From Bilabrum cf. latius (Eukaryota), in NCBI GenBank assembly GCA_965178125.1, contig OZ237768.1, positions 434,001-498,000 of the forward strand: DNA of 64,000 nt, in the 5' to 3' direction. Positions 37,729-50,303 of this stretch are shown one piece after another. The number at the start of each line of letters is the position of its first letter. The first letter of the stretch is position 1. The position numbers were made by a program, and so were the translations under genes. The notes beneath the pieces are model-generated. The model made no database searches. It saw only the letters and a program-made list of their open reading frames with translations, and was not told the origin of the DNA.

Positions 37729-38304
37729 ATGAACATAAACGACTTAAATAGACTAGTCCAAACACCGTTATCTCCTTTAGAAATTCAAAAATTAGGTGTA
37801 GCACATTTGAATTACAAACCTAGAATAGTTATTTACGATGATATTATTAAATAGACCTCATCTATTGAACATATTTTTGATGGTTATGACGGCGTAATTA
37901 TTTATTATCCTAATAAAAAGACGGGACTAAATAGCACATACGGTCATTTCATTTCATTGACCAGAAAACCATCAAGCAAAATAATATACTTCTTTGATAG
38001 CTATGGAGAAAAACCCGACCAATAGAAACCATTTATTAATAGAGACCAATTGTATCAAGGAGAAGGAGAAGAAAATACGCTGGTAAAGTATTTAATTGAT
38101 TAGAAAATGGAAGGTTGGAAAATTGATTATAATCATAAACCGATTTAGAGTTATGCTAACAACAGCGCTACGTGTGGAAGATGGGCTCTATTAAGAAACG
38201 CTTTTTCTTTCTTATCAAATGATTAGTTTGTAAATGAAATGTTTAGAATATCCAAAATTATGGCTCTTAGTCCTGATTAGTTAGTGGCGTTGCTTCTACA
38301 TTGA
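37729..38304 (+). CDS. Adenain-like cysteine maturation protease (absent from the ORF track because of TAGs)
   Basis: GHF, YFFDSYG, I(TAG)SYANNSATCGRW give a His-Asp-Gln-Cys set; ends in TGA. Confidence 0.9.
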
Positions 38305-38309
38305 ATACT

Positions 38310-38510
38310 CCGACCATCTAATAAAAGGGCTAGAATAAAATAATAAAATATGATTATCTCTAAAATAAAATCCATACGATGGCTATATCCACAAATTGCG
38401 TATATATTATAGTGTTTTCTAGCAAAACGTGGATGTAGGGCCTCTTGTGAAGGTGAAATGAAGATATAAGCCCTTTTATTTAGAAAAGTTCCATCGTTTT
38501 AGAAGGGCAA
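38310..38510 (+). repeat. Internal copy of the TIR-derived conserved non-coding element
   Basis: ATACGATGGCTATATCCACAAATTGCGTA...TAGCAAAACGTGGATGTAG...AAAAGTTCCATC matches TIR 26890-27025. Confidence 0.85.
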
Positions 38511-38640
38511 TTTTTCATCCATCTAAATTCAATCAAACTTTTAAATATATTGGTAAAAGTGAAGGGTAAAAATCAAGATGAAATATTAGATAAGGTTTAT
38601 TAATAAATATTTATTTGTATAGCTTTAATATATAAATAAA

Positions 38641-39594
38641 ATGAGTTATAGCGATGAATTTGTAAGATTGAATTTAGTTAGTTCATCTGTCCCCCACAAT
38701 TAGACGAGATAGGCGGTAGTGAATGAAACCCGTGAAGGCTTAATATTAAAACAAAGTGAAAATTATTTAACGGCTGTTGAAGAGATGGATTTAAATAAAT
38801 TTATGCTACCGGTGTTTAAACCTGAATATTAGGATGACAGCGGTAAAACCTATTTAAAATTTACTCTTGAGAATAAAACATCAGGAGCCAGAGCAGGCGA
38901 TTATATAGTTCTAGGTAAAAAAGCTAAATTTTATTATTCATATTAGGATATTGTAAATGAATTTAATGAAGAGTTAAGCCGAATTTGTGATTTGGTAAGC
39001 CTTCCAAGTGGTGATAAACCAGTCTTTAAATTTGAAAATAATAAATGGAGTTTATCAACAACTGAAGATTTTAGAGATAATTATTATTTATTTGTTAATT
39101 TTGAAGCTTTTGCTTTATTTGATAAATTTGAATATGAAGGAATAACAACCACACCGAGTGATTTATTTGCTAAACTTTCATATAATAATTCCCCTGCTAG
39201 TGGTGATTATGTTTTTATGGCTAGATAGACGAATTTAAATTCTTGGTGCCCTGTTAAATCTATTATCGTAGAAAGTGATATTCCAGTGAATAAAGAATTG
39301 GTGACCACAAAATCATCTACTGGTGGCTCTATAGCCGTCAATAAATCCCCTATATTAACCAGCTACCCGTATAATCCTAATGACAGCTCACCAATAGAAA
39401 ATATATTATATGTTTCTAATCCTTACCGCTGGTATTCAATGATGAAGGATAGAAGCTTTAAGAGCGTGTCAATGGCGTTCTACTGGGTTGATAAACAAAA
39501 TGAAAAGTATCCCGTAATGAATTTTAACGGGGGTGAAGCTCACATTAAACAAGTATTTAAAAAACAAACCGATAATTTAAGTTTAGATTTTTAA
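38641..39594 (+). CDS. Minor capsid (penton) protein
   Basis: 317 aa with TAG as sense; lies between the protease and major capsid genes; beta-rich C-terminus YRWYSM..SVSMAFYWVDK. Confidence 0.75.
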
Positions 39595-39665
39595 ATAAAT
39601 TATAGAAGATTATAAAATATGTTTAGATATTAAAAAATTTATATCTATAGTGTATATATAAAAAA

Positions 39666-41555
39666 ATGGCTCAACAAATGGTTCAGAATTTACCAGTAAG
39701 CATTAAGGCTCCTAAAAGCCTTCAAATGATAACCCCTGAAGATGCTAGTTTAGGAACAGAACTAGGTGTTCAAAAATATACCCGCCGAGAAATTAGACCA
39801 TCATCTAATCAATCTAATTCTCTTCTTCCCCTTTCTTTCCCCGTTAATCCTACTAGTAAAACCGTATCAAGGTTTATTCGTCTTCGTCATCGTATGACAG
39901 TTAGGCTACAACTAGAGCAAGCAGTGCCAGCTCAAACTGCTGGAGGTGATGCTATTACCGCTCAATCTTATCTTAAATCTAGGTTTGGAACTAATTCATT
40001 ACCTACCTTTAAAATGCTTCAAGGTGGTGTTTTAACAATTAATGGATAGCCTTTTACAGTAAAAGTTTATGAATGGGCTGAACCTACCGAAGTTATGAAC
40101 AGTGAAGAAACCTTATCCACAATCTCACCCGTTGGACGCCCTGACACTGTTGGTGATTATCGTGAAGTAAGTGATACCCTTAAAAATCCTTTAGCTTGGG
40201 GTTAGGATGTTGGATATAGTGCCGGTGATAGCTTTAGTTATCGTGGAGCATATGGGAATGCTTTTACGACTGTAAATGCTGATTTCGTTGCGGGTAATAG
40301 AGACCAAATTGATTGGACTATTGATTTTCAAGAAGCTATACCACTAAAAGGAGCAGATGTTGATGTGAATGCTAAATATTTCACCGGTGTGAGAAGCCTT
40401 CAGGTTGATTTAGATTATCACGTAAATGCCATTCAAAGACTGTGTAAGGCTAGTTTTACAAAAGATAACGGAGATATTAACAAAATAACGGGTTAGTCAA
40501 TTATAGGAGAAACAAATACGACCCTTCTTGTTGATGAAGTTGAATTTTAGAGTGGATACGCCCCCCCGACTCGTTGTATGTATAATATGCCTACAATTAA
40601 ATTTTAGTCTTAGGCGCCTGTCCCTGTACCTAAATCCGCAACTGAAAATTCTTTAACTTCTTTTGATTATCAATTATCCCGTGAGAATGGTATCCCTAGT
40701 GCTATTATGGTATGTGCCCGCCTTGTTGGTTGTGATGATAACCCTAACTGGGCTAATAGAACTTTACCAATTAGAAGAATAGGTTTCTCACTCAATGGAA
40801 GCGCTGAGGAATTAGGGGCTGTAGATAATCCACACGAATTATATAGAATTAGTAGAAAGAACGGATATGCTCTTCCTCCTTCATCCTTTTATGGTTCATC
40901 AATTGATGGAAGTGATGGAAACCGCGGTACTGGTTGCTATATGATTTTAAAACCTTCAGATGTTGCTACACTTGCTGGTGTTCAATCTAATGTAAATACT
41001 GGATTTAATCTTAAAGTTAATCTTCAGTGCTTCAACCCTTATAATAAATATGCGGATGGTGCGTATGAGGATAAATACGAGATAAAAGTATGGATGTTTT
41101 ATGATAATGTTCTTGTGAATGATAACGGTGTCTATACTGAGGCTGGCGCCCTTATTGAGCCTTCTAAAGTGCTTTCTGAACTTGCTAAACGTGGTGATGC
41201 TGAAAGTGGTTCTAAAGGTTTCTAGCCTGTATTTGAGGATTTAGATAATTATGCTAATGTTATGGGTGGAAAAGGTCGTTTCTGGTCTAAGATTGGACGA
41301 GCCTTTAAACACGGATGGAATCAGGTTAAAGATTGGGCAAAAAGTGATTAGGCTAAAAACCTAGCGAAAACCATTAGGAATATAGGACCACTCAAAAGTC
41401 TAACAGGAGACAATAGCGCTATTGGCAAAGCGGCGGCACATTATGGATATGGAAATAGTGGAGGAGAATTGAATAAGCTTGGTGGAAAACTTACGATGCG
41501 TGGTGGCTAGGCTATGCGTGGGGAAGATCTCGAGGCCCTTTTAAGCACATCTTAA
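39666..41555 (+). CDS. Major capsid protein, virophage-type double jelly-roll (629 aa)
   Basis: ORFs 39666-40049 and 40707-41225 are in one frame joined by TAGs and end in TAA at 41555; size and position fit; motifs LPIRRIGFSLNG and ELYRISRKNG. Confidence 0.85.
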
Positions 41556-41602
41556 ACGTTTAAAATGACTTAAATATATATTAACTAACTAATATATATC
41601 AA

Positions 41603-41893
41603 ATGGAAAAGTTAAATAAAATTATTGAGAATCTACCGCCTACACACGATGTCTATATCCAGACAGAAATTGATGGAGTTTTGACCGTAATTTTTACAAA
41701 CAGTGATTAGGTAAAAGAAATCACCAATCAATTAAAAAAAGACAGTAGAGAGAAGCTATTATATCTCAAATATTCAACCTATAAATGTATTATATAGACG
41801 AGGAATAAGTATAGAGATGATGACATTGTACTTCATTATTTGGCTGTTTGTCTATTAGAAAAGAAACCCATTCAATTATATAAGGCAAGATAA
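41603..41893 (+). CDS. Hypothetical viral protein
   Basis: ATG to TAA with internal TAGs; upstream TTTAAAATGACTTAAA motif and downstream hairpin. Confidence 0.6.
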
Positions 41894-41944
41894 TCATTTT
41901 ATTATTTATTTATACATATTAAATAAATATATGACCTGTGAATG

Positions 41945-42057
41945 ATACTTTCCAAAGTAGGTTCATACTTTTCGAAGTTGGTTCACACTTTTCAAAGTAG
42001 GTTCATACTTTCCGAAGTTGGTTCATACTTTTCAAAGTAGGTTCATACTTTCCAAAG
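41945..42057. repeat. Tandem array of about six 20-bp units (GGTTCATACTTTYCRAAGTW)
   Basis: Direct reading; exact 20-bp period; internal dyad ACTTT..AAAGT. Confidence 0.9.
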
Positions 42058-42208
42058 AACTATTTAACCGGTCTAATTAATTAATATTTTAATAATATTA
42101 ATTATTATAATCACTTATATCTATAGTGTCTATTTTTAAGCCCCTAATTTATAATATAACGCGTTTAAAATGACTTAAAGATTATATTATATAGATATTA
42201 TATAGAGA

Positions 42209-42760
42209 ATGTGTAAAAAGTGTATTGAACAAATATAGGAACATACCGGTAATATAAAGTGGATGGACATTTAGAAGAAATTAATTCATATTGGCTCAAC
42301 CGTTATTCAAGGTGATAAATTGGGTAATTGTATTTGTGGGCACGAGATACGAACCGAGCACGAAATAGAGCATACCCCTAGTGGATATGTTTTTAAAGTG
42401 GGTTCTAGTTGTATAAAGTAGATGATAAAGGATAAAGAAAATCAAATTCGTAAAAAATGTTTATATTAGTGGTGTGGAATATGTAAAAAAGATGTCGCAA
42501 GAGACCGATATAATAAGCACTGTGAAGGAATAAGACATATTGAGTTAGAAAAGAAATAGAAAAAGTTAGAGGAAAAAAAGAGGAATGAAAAAAGATGTGA
42601 TGTGTGTCTTTGTAAAATGCTTAGAGGTGATTGGAGGACAACCTGTAAGTCTTGTTATACGATTACAAAATATGGAAAAAAGGCGTGTAAAAAATGCGGA
42701 GTGTCTAGAATTAAAGATATGAAATATTCAATTTGTTATAAATGTCATATTGGTAAATAA
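42209..42760 (+). CDS. Cys-rich multi-zinc-finger protein
   Basis: CICGHEI...VGSSCI, CGIC..H....H and several CxxC; ATG to TAA through TAGs. Confidence 0.7.
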
Positions 42761-42824
42761 TAATTAGATATTAATGATAAAATTAATATTTAACATATTG
42801 ATGATGGGAGTTAGAAGGGGCTAT

Positions 42825-43025
42825 ATTACAACCTTCTAAAGTGATGGAACTTTTGGGCTAGAAATACGATATCAATCAAATCATCTTCATAAAACTAATC
42901 CATCCACGTTTTGCTAAATAATACATATACTAATACGCAATTTGTGGATATAGCCATCGTATGGATTTTATTATAGAGATAACCATATATATTTTAATAT
43001 TCTAGCCCTTTTATTAGATGGTCAA
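42825..43025 (-). repeat. Internal inverted copy of the conserved non-coding element
   Basis: GATGGAACTTTT...CATCCACGTTTTGCTAAATAATACATATACTAATACGCAATTTGTGGATAT. Confidence 0.85.
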
Positions 43026-43082
43026 GGTGTTCAACTATTAATAAAGATATCATATTTAATATTAGTATAAATATTAAATTAT

Positions 43083-43628
43083 TTAGAAATCTTTTAATGC
43101 TTCTTGAAGTTGCTCTCTAAAGGCTTCTTCATCATCATCTTCATCATCTGGTTTCTCAACATTTCTATTATTATCACGTTTTTGTTTCTTCTTGTTCCTC
43201 TTCTTAGTCTTTTTCTTGGGTCTTATTGGTTCTTCTTCTTCTTCTGGTTCCTCTACTTCATCGGGTATAAATTGACCGTATGACAAATTAATATATTTGA
43301 TGGGTTTGTCCTTCTTTTTAATTGTCATTATGGGGTCTTTACTCTCAAAATCTCCTGTATAATAAATCGGGGGCTCACTGGAAAACATATAAATGTATGG
43401 AACAAATGGATTTTTGGCGCTGTCGGTCTTCATATCAGGGGTTAGATACAAACCATTCAATTCGTCTTCATCCACCAGTTCAAATTTATCTTCTACGGTA
43501 TTATTAAAAAATATCCCTTTAAAAGTTTTAAAGAAGAATTGATTAATATATTTCTTGGCTTTCTTTATGGCTCCCTCTTCTAAAAGTTCCATTAATTCGC
43601 TTGGTTCATAACTCTAAAATTTTGACAT
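43083..43628 (-). CDS. Hypothetical viral protein with a charged C-terminus
   Basis: ORF extends to ATG at 43628 through a TAG; upstream promoter motif. Confidence 0.65.
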
Positions 43629-43722
43629 TCTATATATATTATAATAAAATAAAATCTTTAAGTCATTTTAAACGCGTCTATTTGGCTTAAAAATAAAATA
43701 TCTATAGGTTATATATATAAAA

Positions 43723-44067
43723 ATGGTTAAATTAAGTGATATTCAAATCGTTAGAACTCAACTTGTTAAAAACAATAAGCCCGTATATAATTTTGTGTTC
43801 CCTCTTCGTGAAAATGATAATGGATATAATGATTTAGAAATGAAGACTTTATTAAAAAAATATATCTAGAGGTTATTAAAACAAAAGCCCCATTTAAAGA
43901 ATTATGATGCGTATGTTAGCTCTCTCTACCCCATAGGCTGGCGAACTGGTTCACCATTTAAATTAAAGGATGATGTAATGTTATTCAGTCCTTCTTCTCG
44001 TTATACCTTCTTAAGCGATGAGCAAGTGAAGAGATTTATATTAATCCTCACTGCTCCGAAACAATAA
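43723..44067 (+). CDS. Hypothetical viral protein (GWRTG motif)
   Basis: ATG to TAA with one TAG; upstream TATCTA motif. Confidence 0.6.
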
Positions 44068-44145
44068 TTACATTTTATAATTTAAACTTTATAATATGTG
44101 TTTAAAATGGCTTAAAAATATATTAAATATAATATACTATAGGAA

Positions 44146-45645
44146 ATGATAAATTACGAAAATGTGTTAAATCAATTAAATATATGCTTTGGTAAAAAGT
44201 ATGATAACCCCATTCAATCCGTGAAGTATCTAGAAAAGGTATTTAACGGTAAGCCCATAACTACAAAGAACCTTTATAAACTTGTTTCAGGTCTAAAAAT
44301 GGATATAGAGATTAGAGAGAAAGACGATATAAAGGTCTATTATCTAAGTAGGAAAAAAGAGAGTTTTAAAAGGGTTTGTTTAGAATATAAAGATGGTTCA
44401 TTTAAAGCCGTCTAGAGGATGAAACCTTTATTTGTGCGGTGCCATAAATCTATGGTTGTTAAATTAACCGATAAAGCCGAAATAATTGAAAAAGATAAAT
44501 ATAGAGTTGAGAGCCTGACCGATTATCATTCAAAGAAATATTATCTTCATTACACCATTCACGAATGCCCAGAGGATGAAGATATCAAAGAATGGAGCTT
44601 AAGGCTGAGTATAGCAAGTGATGAATTACACGACGAGAACCCATCATTAGATGTAATGAAATATGGAATCAGACAAACAGCCCTTCATTTCTTTACAATG
44701 TTTAATATGATGATAGATAGCCCACCAGATATAACCCCAGAGGAAGCGGTATTTATTGAAGGTTCAACGCGTGGCGGGATTCAATATCACAAGAAGGGAC
44801 AATATGAGGAGTTTATCACCTACGATATAAATAGTCATTACCCCGCCATTATGTCATCTAATTCACTACTACCATATGGAAATCCTATTTATAAAACAAT
44901 TGATAATAAATATATAAATAATAAAAACGAAATAGGGATTTATAAATGTAAGGTAAGCCGTGGAAAATGCGACCCGAATATCTTTCAAATGATGAAGGTA
45001 TTTGAAAATGAATTTACTTATTATGTCTTTACAGATATGAATATGTTTGTTAAATATGGTTGTGAGATAGAGATGTCAAGCGACGAATTTAATTTTATGA
45101 CCTATGATAAATATATCAAAAGTGAAACACTTTTTAAATCCTATGTCTCAATGTTCTACAAATTAAAAAGCAAATCATATCTAGCAAAAGAAATATTAAA
45201 TTCATTATGGGGTAAATTATGTAGTTCCTCTAAAAAGACAATTACATCAAAAGACGATAAAAAAATAAATATAGATAAATTTGATATTGACCGTGTAGAA
45301 ATGGATAATGACGGAGAATTTATTTATCATTTGAAACATAAAGTACCCTTTAAATATAGCTGGGGAAAATTGAAACCTTTTATTCTGGCATATGGAAGAC
45401 AACGATTGATGAAGAAAGTGAATAAGAACAACGCTAAACATATTATACGAATTCACACCGACAGTATCACATTTAACAAAAGATTAAATTTTAAAGTAGG
45501 TAAAGAATTAGGTGAATATAAAAAAGAATAGATTAATGAAGAAGGATAGAAATTAATTATCCACGGATAGAATGATTTAATGGTCGTAAATGAAAAAGAA
45601 GAAATTATATCAAGGAAAGGAAAAAAAGGCGGTTTAATGCTTTGA
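44146..45645 (+). CDS. Family B DNA polymerase of protein-primed type, compact (499 aa)
   Basis: RGG, YDINSHYP, KEILNSLWGK, HTDSI, LGEYK; joined through TAGs at 44413 and 45529; ends in TGA. Confidence 0.88.
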
Positions 45646-45839
45646 ATTAAATATTTATTAATTATATAATATATGATTAATATTATTAGTAATATCTTTG
45701 TTTAGTATGCTATTAAGAAGGCATTAAAGAAGGTAAAAAATAAATTAATGAAGAATCCAAATAATAAAAGACTCTATGAAGAATATAGAAAGAAAACGGC
45801 TCACGCAATTAAAAAATTATCATTTTATTAATTATATAG

Positions 45840-46547
45840 ATGAATGATAATATACCTAATTATGTTAATAGTCCTAAATTATGGCGTCAGGCAGTTGAGA
45901 AAGTAAATAGAACGTATAAAAAGCCTTCAGCTTATCGTTCATTAGCATATTTTGCTCGTTATAAAAAACTAGGGGGGACATATGATAAAATTAAATTAAA
46001 TGAAGCATAGAAAAATTTAAGAAGGTGGAAATTAGAGGATTGGAAGAATTAGAAGGGAGAAAAGGGATATTAGGAAAAAGGAGATATATATAGACCCACT
46101 AAAAGAATAAATAAAGAGACCCCTTTAACCTTTGGAGAATTAGACACGGAAGAAATAGAGGAAGCAATGAAGGAAAAATTTAATAACGGACACGTGAAAT
46201 CATTTAGACCTAAACCAGTTTTTAATTTATATAAATCAACTAAATCAAATAAAAAATATATGATTAAAGTAGTTCAAGGTAATAATATTCTGTTTACTGT
46301 TCATTTTGGTGGAATTAAGAATGATGGTACCCCTTATATGGACTTTATACAATATTATAATAAAGATGGAGAGAAGGAAGCAAACCGTAAAAAGAAAAAT
46401 TATATTAAAAGACATTCAATAAATGAAGACTTTAAAGACTATAAATCCCCCGCTTTTTGGTCTAGGTTTGTATTATGGAATGAACCAACATTAAAAGATA
46501 GCTTTATGGACGCCGTAGATAGAGCTAAAAAATTAATGAAAGTTTAA
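45840..46547 (+). CDS. Two-domain protein resembling small NCLDV/PLV families (DUF5872-like plus DUF5754-like)
   Basis: SAYRS..YKKLGGTY..RWKLEDW..YRPTKRINKETP, then KSTKSNKKY..VHFG..YMDF..RH..SPAFWSRFVLW; family names from recall only. Confidence 0.65.
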
Positions 46548-46600
46548 TATTATAGGTTTGATATAAGTTTTAGTTTTTCTCTTATTTATATATACAAAAA

Positions 46601-47122
46601 ATGAGCTTAGCAAGATTATCGCAACCTAATGATATATCTATTCAATGTAAGAATGTCGCAACTGGTAGATTAGATAGTAGTGGTCTATATGTAAATGCTG
46701 TTGTGAATAGTAGTGATGTAGTTGTTAGCAACGCAGGATTACATCTTGACAGTAAGGGTATTTCTTACATCACTTCGGGTCAAGCTTTACGATTCGGTGC
46801 CAATACCGCATCTGCTGGTTTAGTTATGAGTTTTGATGAAGACGGTCACGAATGTGATTTAACCGTAAAAGGTGAAGTAGTAGCAAATAACACCGTAGCG
46901 CATAAAGGAAGGGTAAATTGGAGTGGTGGAGGTGCTACTGAATTTGCTAGTGTTCCGGGTATGACTTCTAGTGATTTGGTTTTTATTACTACAATCACCC
47001 CCGCCAGTGAGCCGGTTGAATTTTCCCACGTAGTAGCAGGAACCGATGGATTTACGATTCATTTAACGGGTGGTAATTCCTCTAATGATTGGTCGGCTAA
47101 TTGGATGGTTATTAAAGGTTGA
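46601..47122 (+). CDS. Beta-rich Gly/Ser/Thr/Val protein, possible fibre or spike
   Basis: 173-aa clean ORF; function guessed from composition. Confidence 0.55.
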   Translation: MSLARLSQPNDISIQCKNVATGRLDSSGLYVNAVVNSSDVVVSNAGLHLDSKGISYITSGQALRFGANTASAGLVMSFDEDGHECDLTVKGEVVANNTVAHKGRVNWSGGGATEFASVPGMTSSDLVFITTITPASEPVEFSHVVAGTDGFTIHLTGGNSSNDWSANWMVIKG

Positions 47123-47164
47123 AAAATCTTTTTATTTATAAAAAAAATAAATAAATAGATAAAT

Positions 47165-47467
47165 TTAAATTGATATCTCCGGTGGTTTAATCCCGCTATT
47201 AAGCAGGGTTTGATTAAGTTTCTTGATATATTCCTCTAGTATATCCTTTTTTGGTTCTTTGAGATTTTTTTGGTGTTTCTTCGTTCGTTCGTGTCTCGTT
47301 CTGTCCTTCCTTCTATAATAACAATCACACACATCGCATTTAACTTTTTCATTTCCTCTAGCTAAATATTTTTTATTCCATTTGTCTTTGTTTGTTTTGT
47401 AATATTCCTACATATAATTAATTTTTGGTTGTTCCTATGTATTGCTTGAACTCTAAATATCGCTCAT
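47165..47467 (-). CDS. Small C2H2 zinc-finger protein
   Basis: KVKCDVCDCYY...RHERTKKH; ATG to TAA through TAGs. Confidence 0.65.
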
Positions 47468-47525
47468 CACTATATATTATATAAATATATAATGTTTAAG
47501 TTATTTTAAACACATAAAAAAGGTA

Positions 47526-50303
47526 TTAAATATTCTAATCTAATCGTTCGTTGGATTCCTTGTATACGTCCTTCATTTCGGGATACTAATATTTATAAAC
47601 TTCATCAAATAATTCTTTCTCCTTGGTGAATTTAATTCTTAATTCTCTATCCTTTTTATCCTTTTTATTTCCCATACTCCAAGAGGTTTTAATATTTCCA
47701 AATAACTACTTATATAATTTTACTATTGCCCCGTGTAATTCACTATCGGTTTCTATTGGCTTCTATAATCTCGCCCCGCTTACTTCTACATATCTTTTAC
47801 CCATTTCTATATATTTAATGGATTTCTCATTTTTACGTGTATAACTTAAATCAAATTTATTCAATTTAAGCGTCTATAACATCTCCTACAATATGATTAT
47901 TTTATTCTTTGTACTTTTTGCTTTCTCATCCTTAAAATCCTTTCTATCCTTTAATTCTGTCATTAGTTTATATTTATCTTTTCTCTTGAAATTAGCATAA
48001 TTAAAATAATTCATTAATTTGTAATTATCAATTAATAACATTTTAATATCCTCCGTTATGGCTGTCTCTGGTAGCCCTAAAATTTCAATTCTTCTTTTTA
48101 TATGGTCGTTCTCTACATCAAATGAATCAATCTTTTCTTGTAGTATCTCCATTGTCGCCTCTTTCATCTGCTATTTATTCATTCGTTGTGGTAATTCCTT
48201 ATCCACCTATACATCGGCACCCCTGTTTTTAAGAATAAGCTATAAATGAATATATTTATTTGTTTCGTATGTATCACATTTGAAATTATATAATTTCTTG
48301 AGTGGTAAATAAACCTTATATGATGCCTCTATCATTGCTTTATGGGCTATCTCTTCATCATCTTCTCCCTCAAAAATATCAATGTCAATATCATTCTCCT
48401 ACATTATCCTTTTTTCGTATTTTTCTAATTTAGTATATAAATCTGTCTATGCGTTAATTTCCATATTTAAGGTCGTCTATACCTCCTTTAAATTCTCATA
48501 TCTTGGATAAATGGATTTTACATCTTCAAAATATATATTCATATATTCGGGATTTCTACATCTTGCCAGTTGCTACATCATCTACGGCGGTAGAATCGTT
48601 TTTCCTTTATATAATCCATACACTGGGCGCTCCATTACACTATCTAATCCGTAAATGACTTTAGGACTAAATATAATTTTATCATATTTATCTAAGCTCA
48701 CATCCTCATCAGGTAATAAATCACTAGTAATTAATTTAACGTCCTCTATACCATCTTTACATAACATTTTATAAAATGTATCTGCGTTCTTCTTGCTATC
48801 ACACGCCAGTATAAATTTATCTTCACTTTTTAATTTATCGTAAAATTTCTATTGGTCTTTTTCAAAATATACTTTTACGTCCTTAAAATGCTTATATTTA
48901 TTCTTAATGAAGCTAAATTCTACTCCAGCACATTTTAAAAATTTCATCGCTATCTGGGATATGTCAGCATCTACAGCAATAAACTATTTACACGTCCTTA
49001 TCATTTTTAAAATAATAAATAATACAAGAACCCTATTATTATTCATCGTGGTAGAACTTAATATATGCTCTATAATGCTATTGAATTCATCCAAAAATAC
49101 GATGTATTTAGAAAAATCATAATTCACAATTTGGGGGATACTTTCCGGCGTAATAATAAGAGACTATCCAAAATCAAAAGTTTTATTCTGGTAGAACTCA
49201 CATTTAATATCTTCATTTAAAAAGCTCTCGTATTGCTCTGTGCCTAAACATACACGGGATACAATGGATAAGAACGGCGTTTGAACCTGTTTAATGTATT
49301 TCTTAAATGCTGTTGTTTTACCTGTTCCTGTATCACTTTTTACCACATAATTATATTCATATTTAAAAAATCGTTCGGGCTTCTCTATATCATCTAATTT
49401 AGGTTTATTAATTTCTGTATACCCGTTAATATTCTCGTCATAAGGACGATAATAACACTTTGAAATATACTTATCTTTCACAAATGCCTTTAAACTTTTA
49501 TCATTCTAAATTATTGAATTAACTAAATTAAAGGTTTTTAACTTATCAAAATAATGGATAGAGTTCCACACCTTGTTATTTTTGTGGTAGTCGTATTTAT
49601 TGCCCTTCTTGCTCCACTCCTACCACTCCTTCTTAAATCCTAAATATTTACTCGCTAGGGTTGCTTTATACCAATCACTATAATTATTTAAATATTTCTT
49701 ATCTAGTCTATTTAATATAATTGACCAGTCTTTACCATTTAAAATGAATTTCATCATACAGTTATTCACATCTTGATTATCAATTTTTGATATCCTTTTA
49801 CTCGCCCCTTTTACGTTGGATTTCTTAGAGGATTTAATAATATACTTTTCATAAAATTTATAAAGCTCCTTAGGACATTTTTTTATTTCTACATTATTAA
49901 TAACTTCGTATTTTGACCCATTTATGCCACTTGGTGGTGCCACTACATAAGCCCCATCATTCCTAATATCAACGTCAATATCTCTATTGGTGGTAGTTAA
50001 TATATTCTAATCATATTTAAAATATAGATGATACCCTCCACCCGCTGTTTTAACCGTGAATGTGTTGAACCGCTTCACAAAGTCATCTGAAAATTTCTTG
50101 ATGAATAAATGCTCCTTCTTATCGCTCCATTTATATGAATCAATATCAAACACGGTTATATTATTAATTTCTCCGGTGATAATAGCCATATTCTGATTAT
50201 TAAATCGTTTAGGCTCGGGTTTGGTGAGATATCGCCAGCTTTTAACATCAGGTATTTTTTGATTGTGCTTGATGGGGAAACTAACGAGGTTTTTATTATT
50301 CAT
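47526..50303 (-). CDS. Prim-Pol primase fused to an SF2 origin-binding-protein-like helicase (~925 aa)
   Basis: ITVFDID, KTAGGGYHLYF, DIRNDGAYVVAPPS; KSDTGTGKT, FLDEFNS, QLARCR; five track ORFs in one frame; ends in TAA. Confidence 0.85.

Noticed and set aside
41945-42057. CRISPR array
   Set aside because: Units are directly adjacent with no unique spacers, and there are no cas genes
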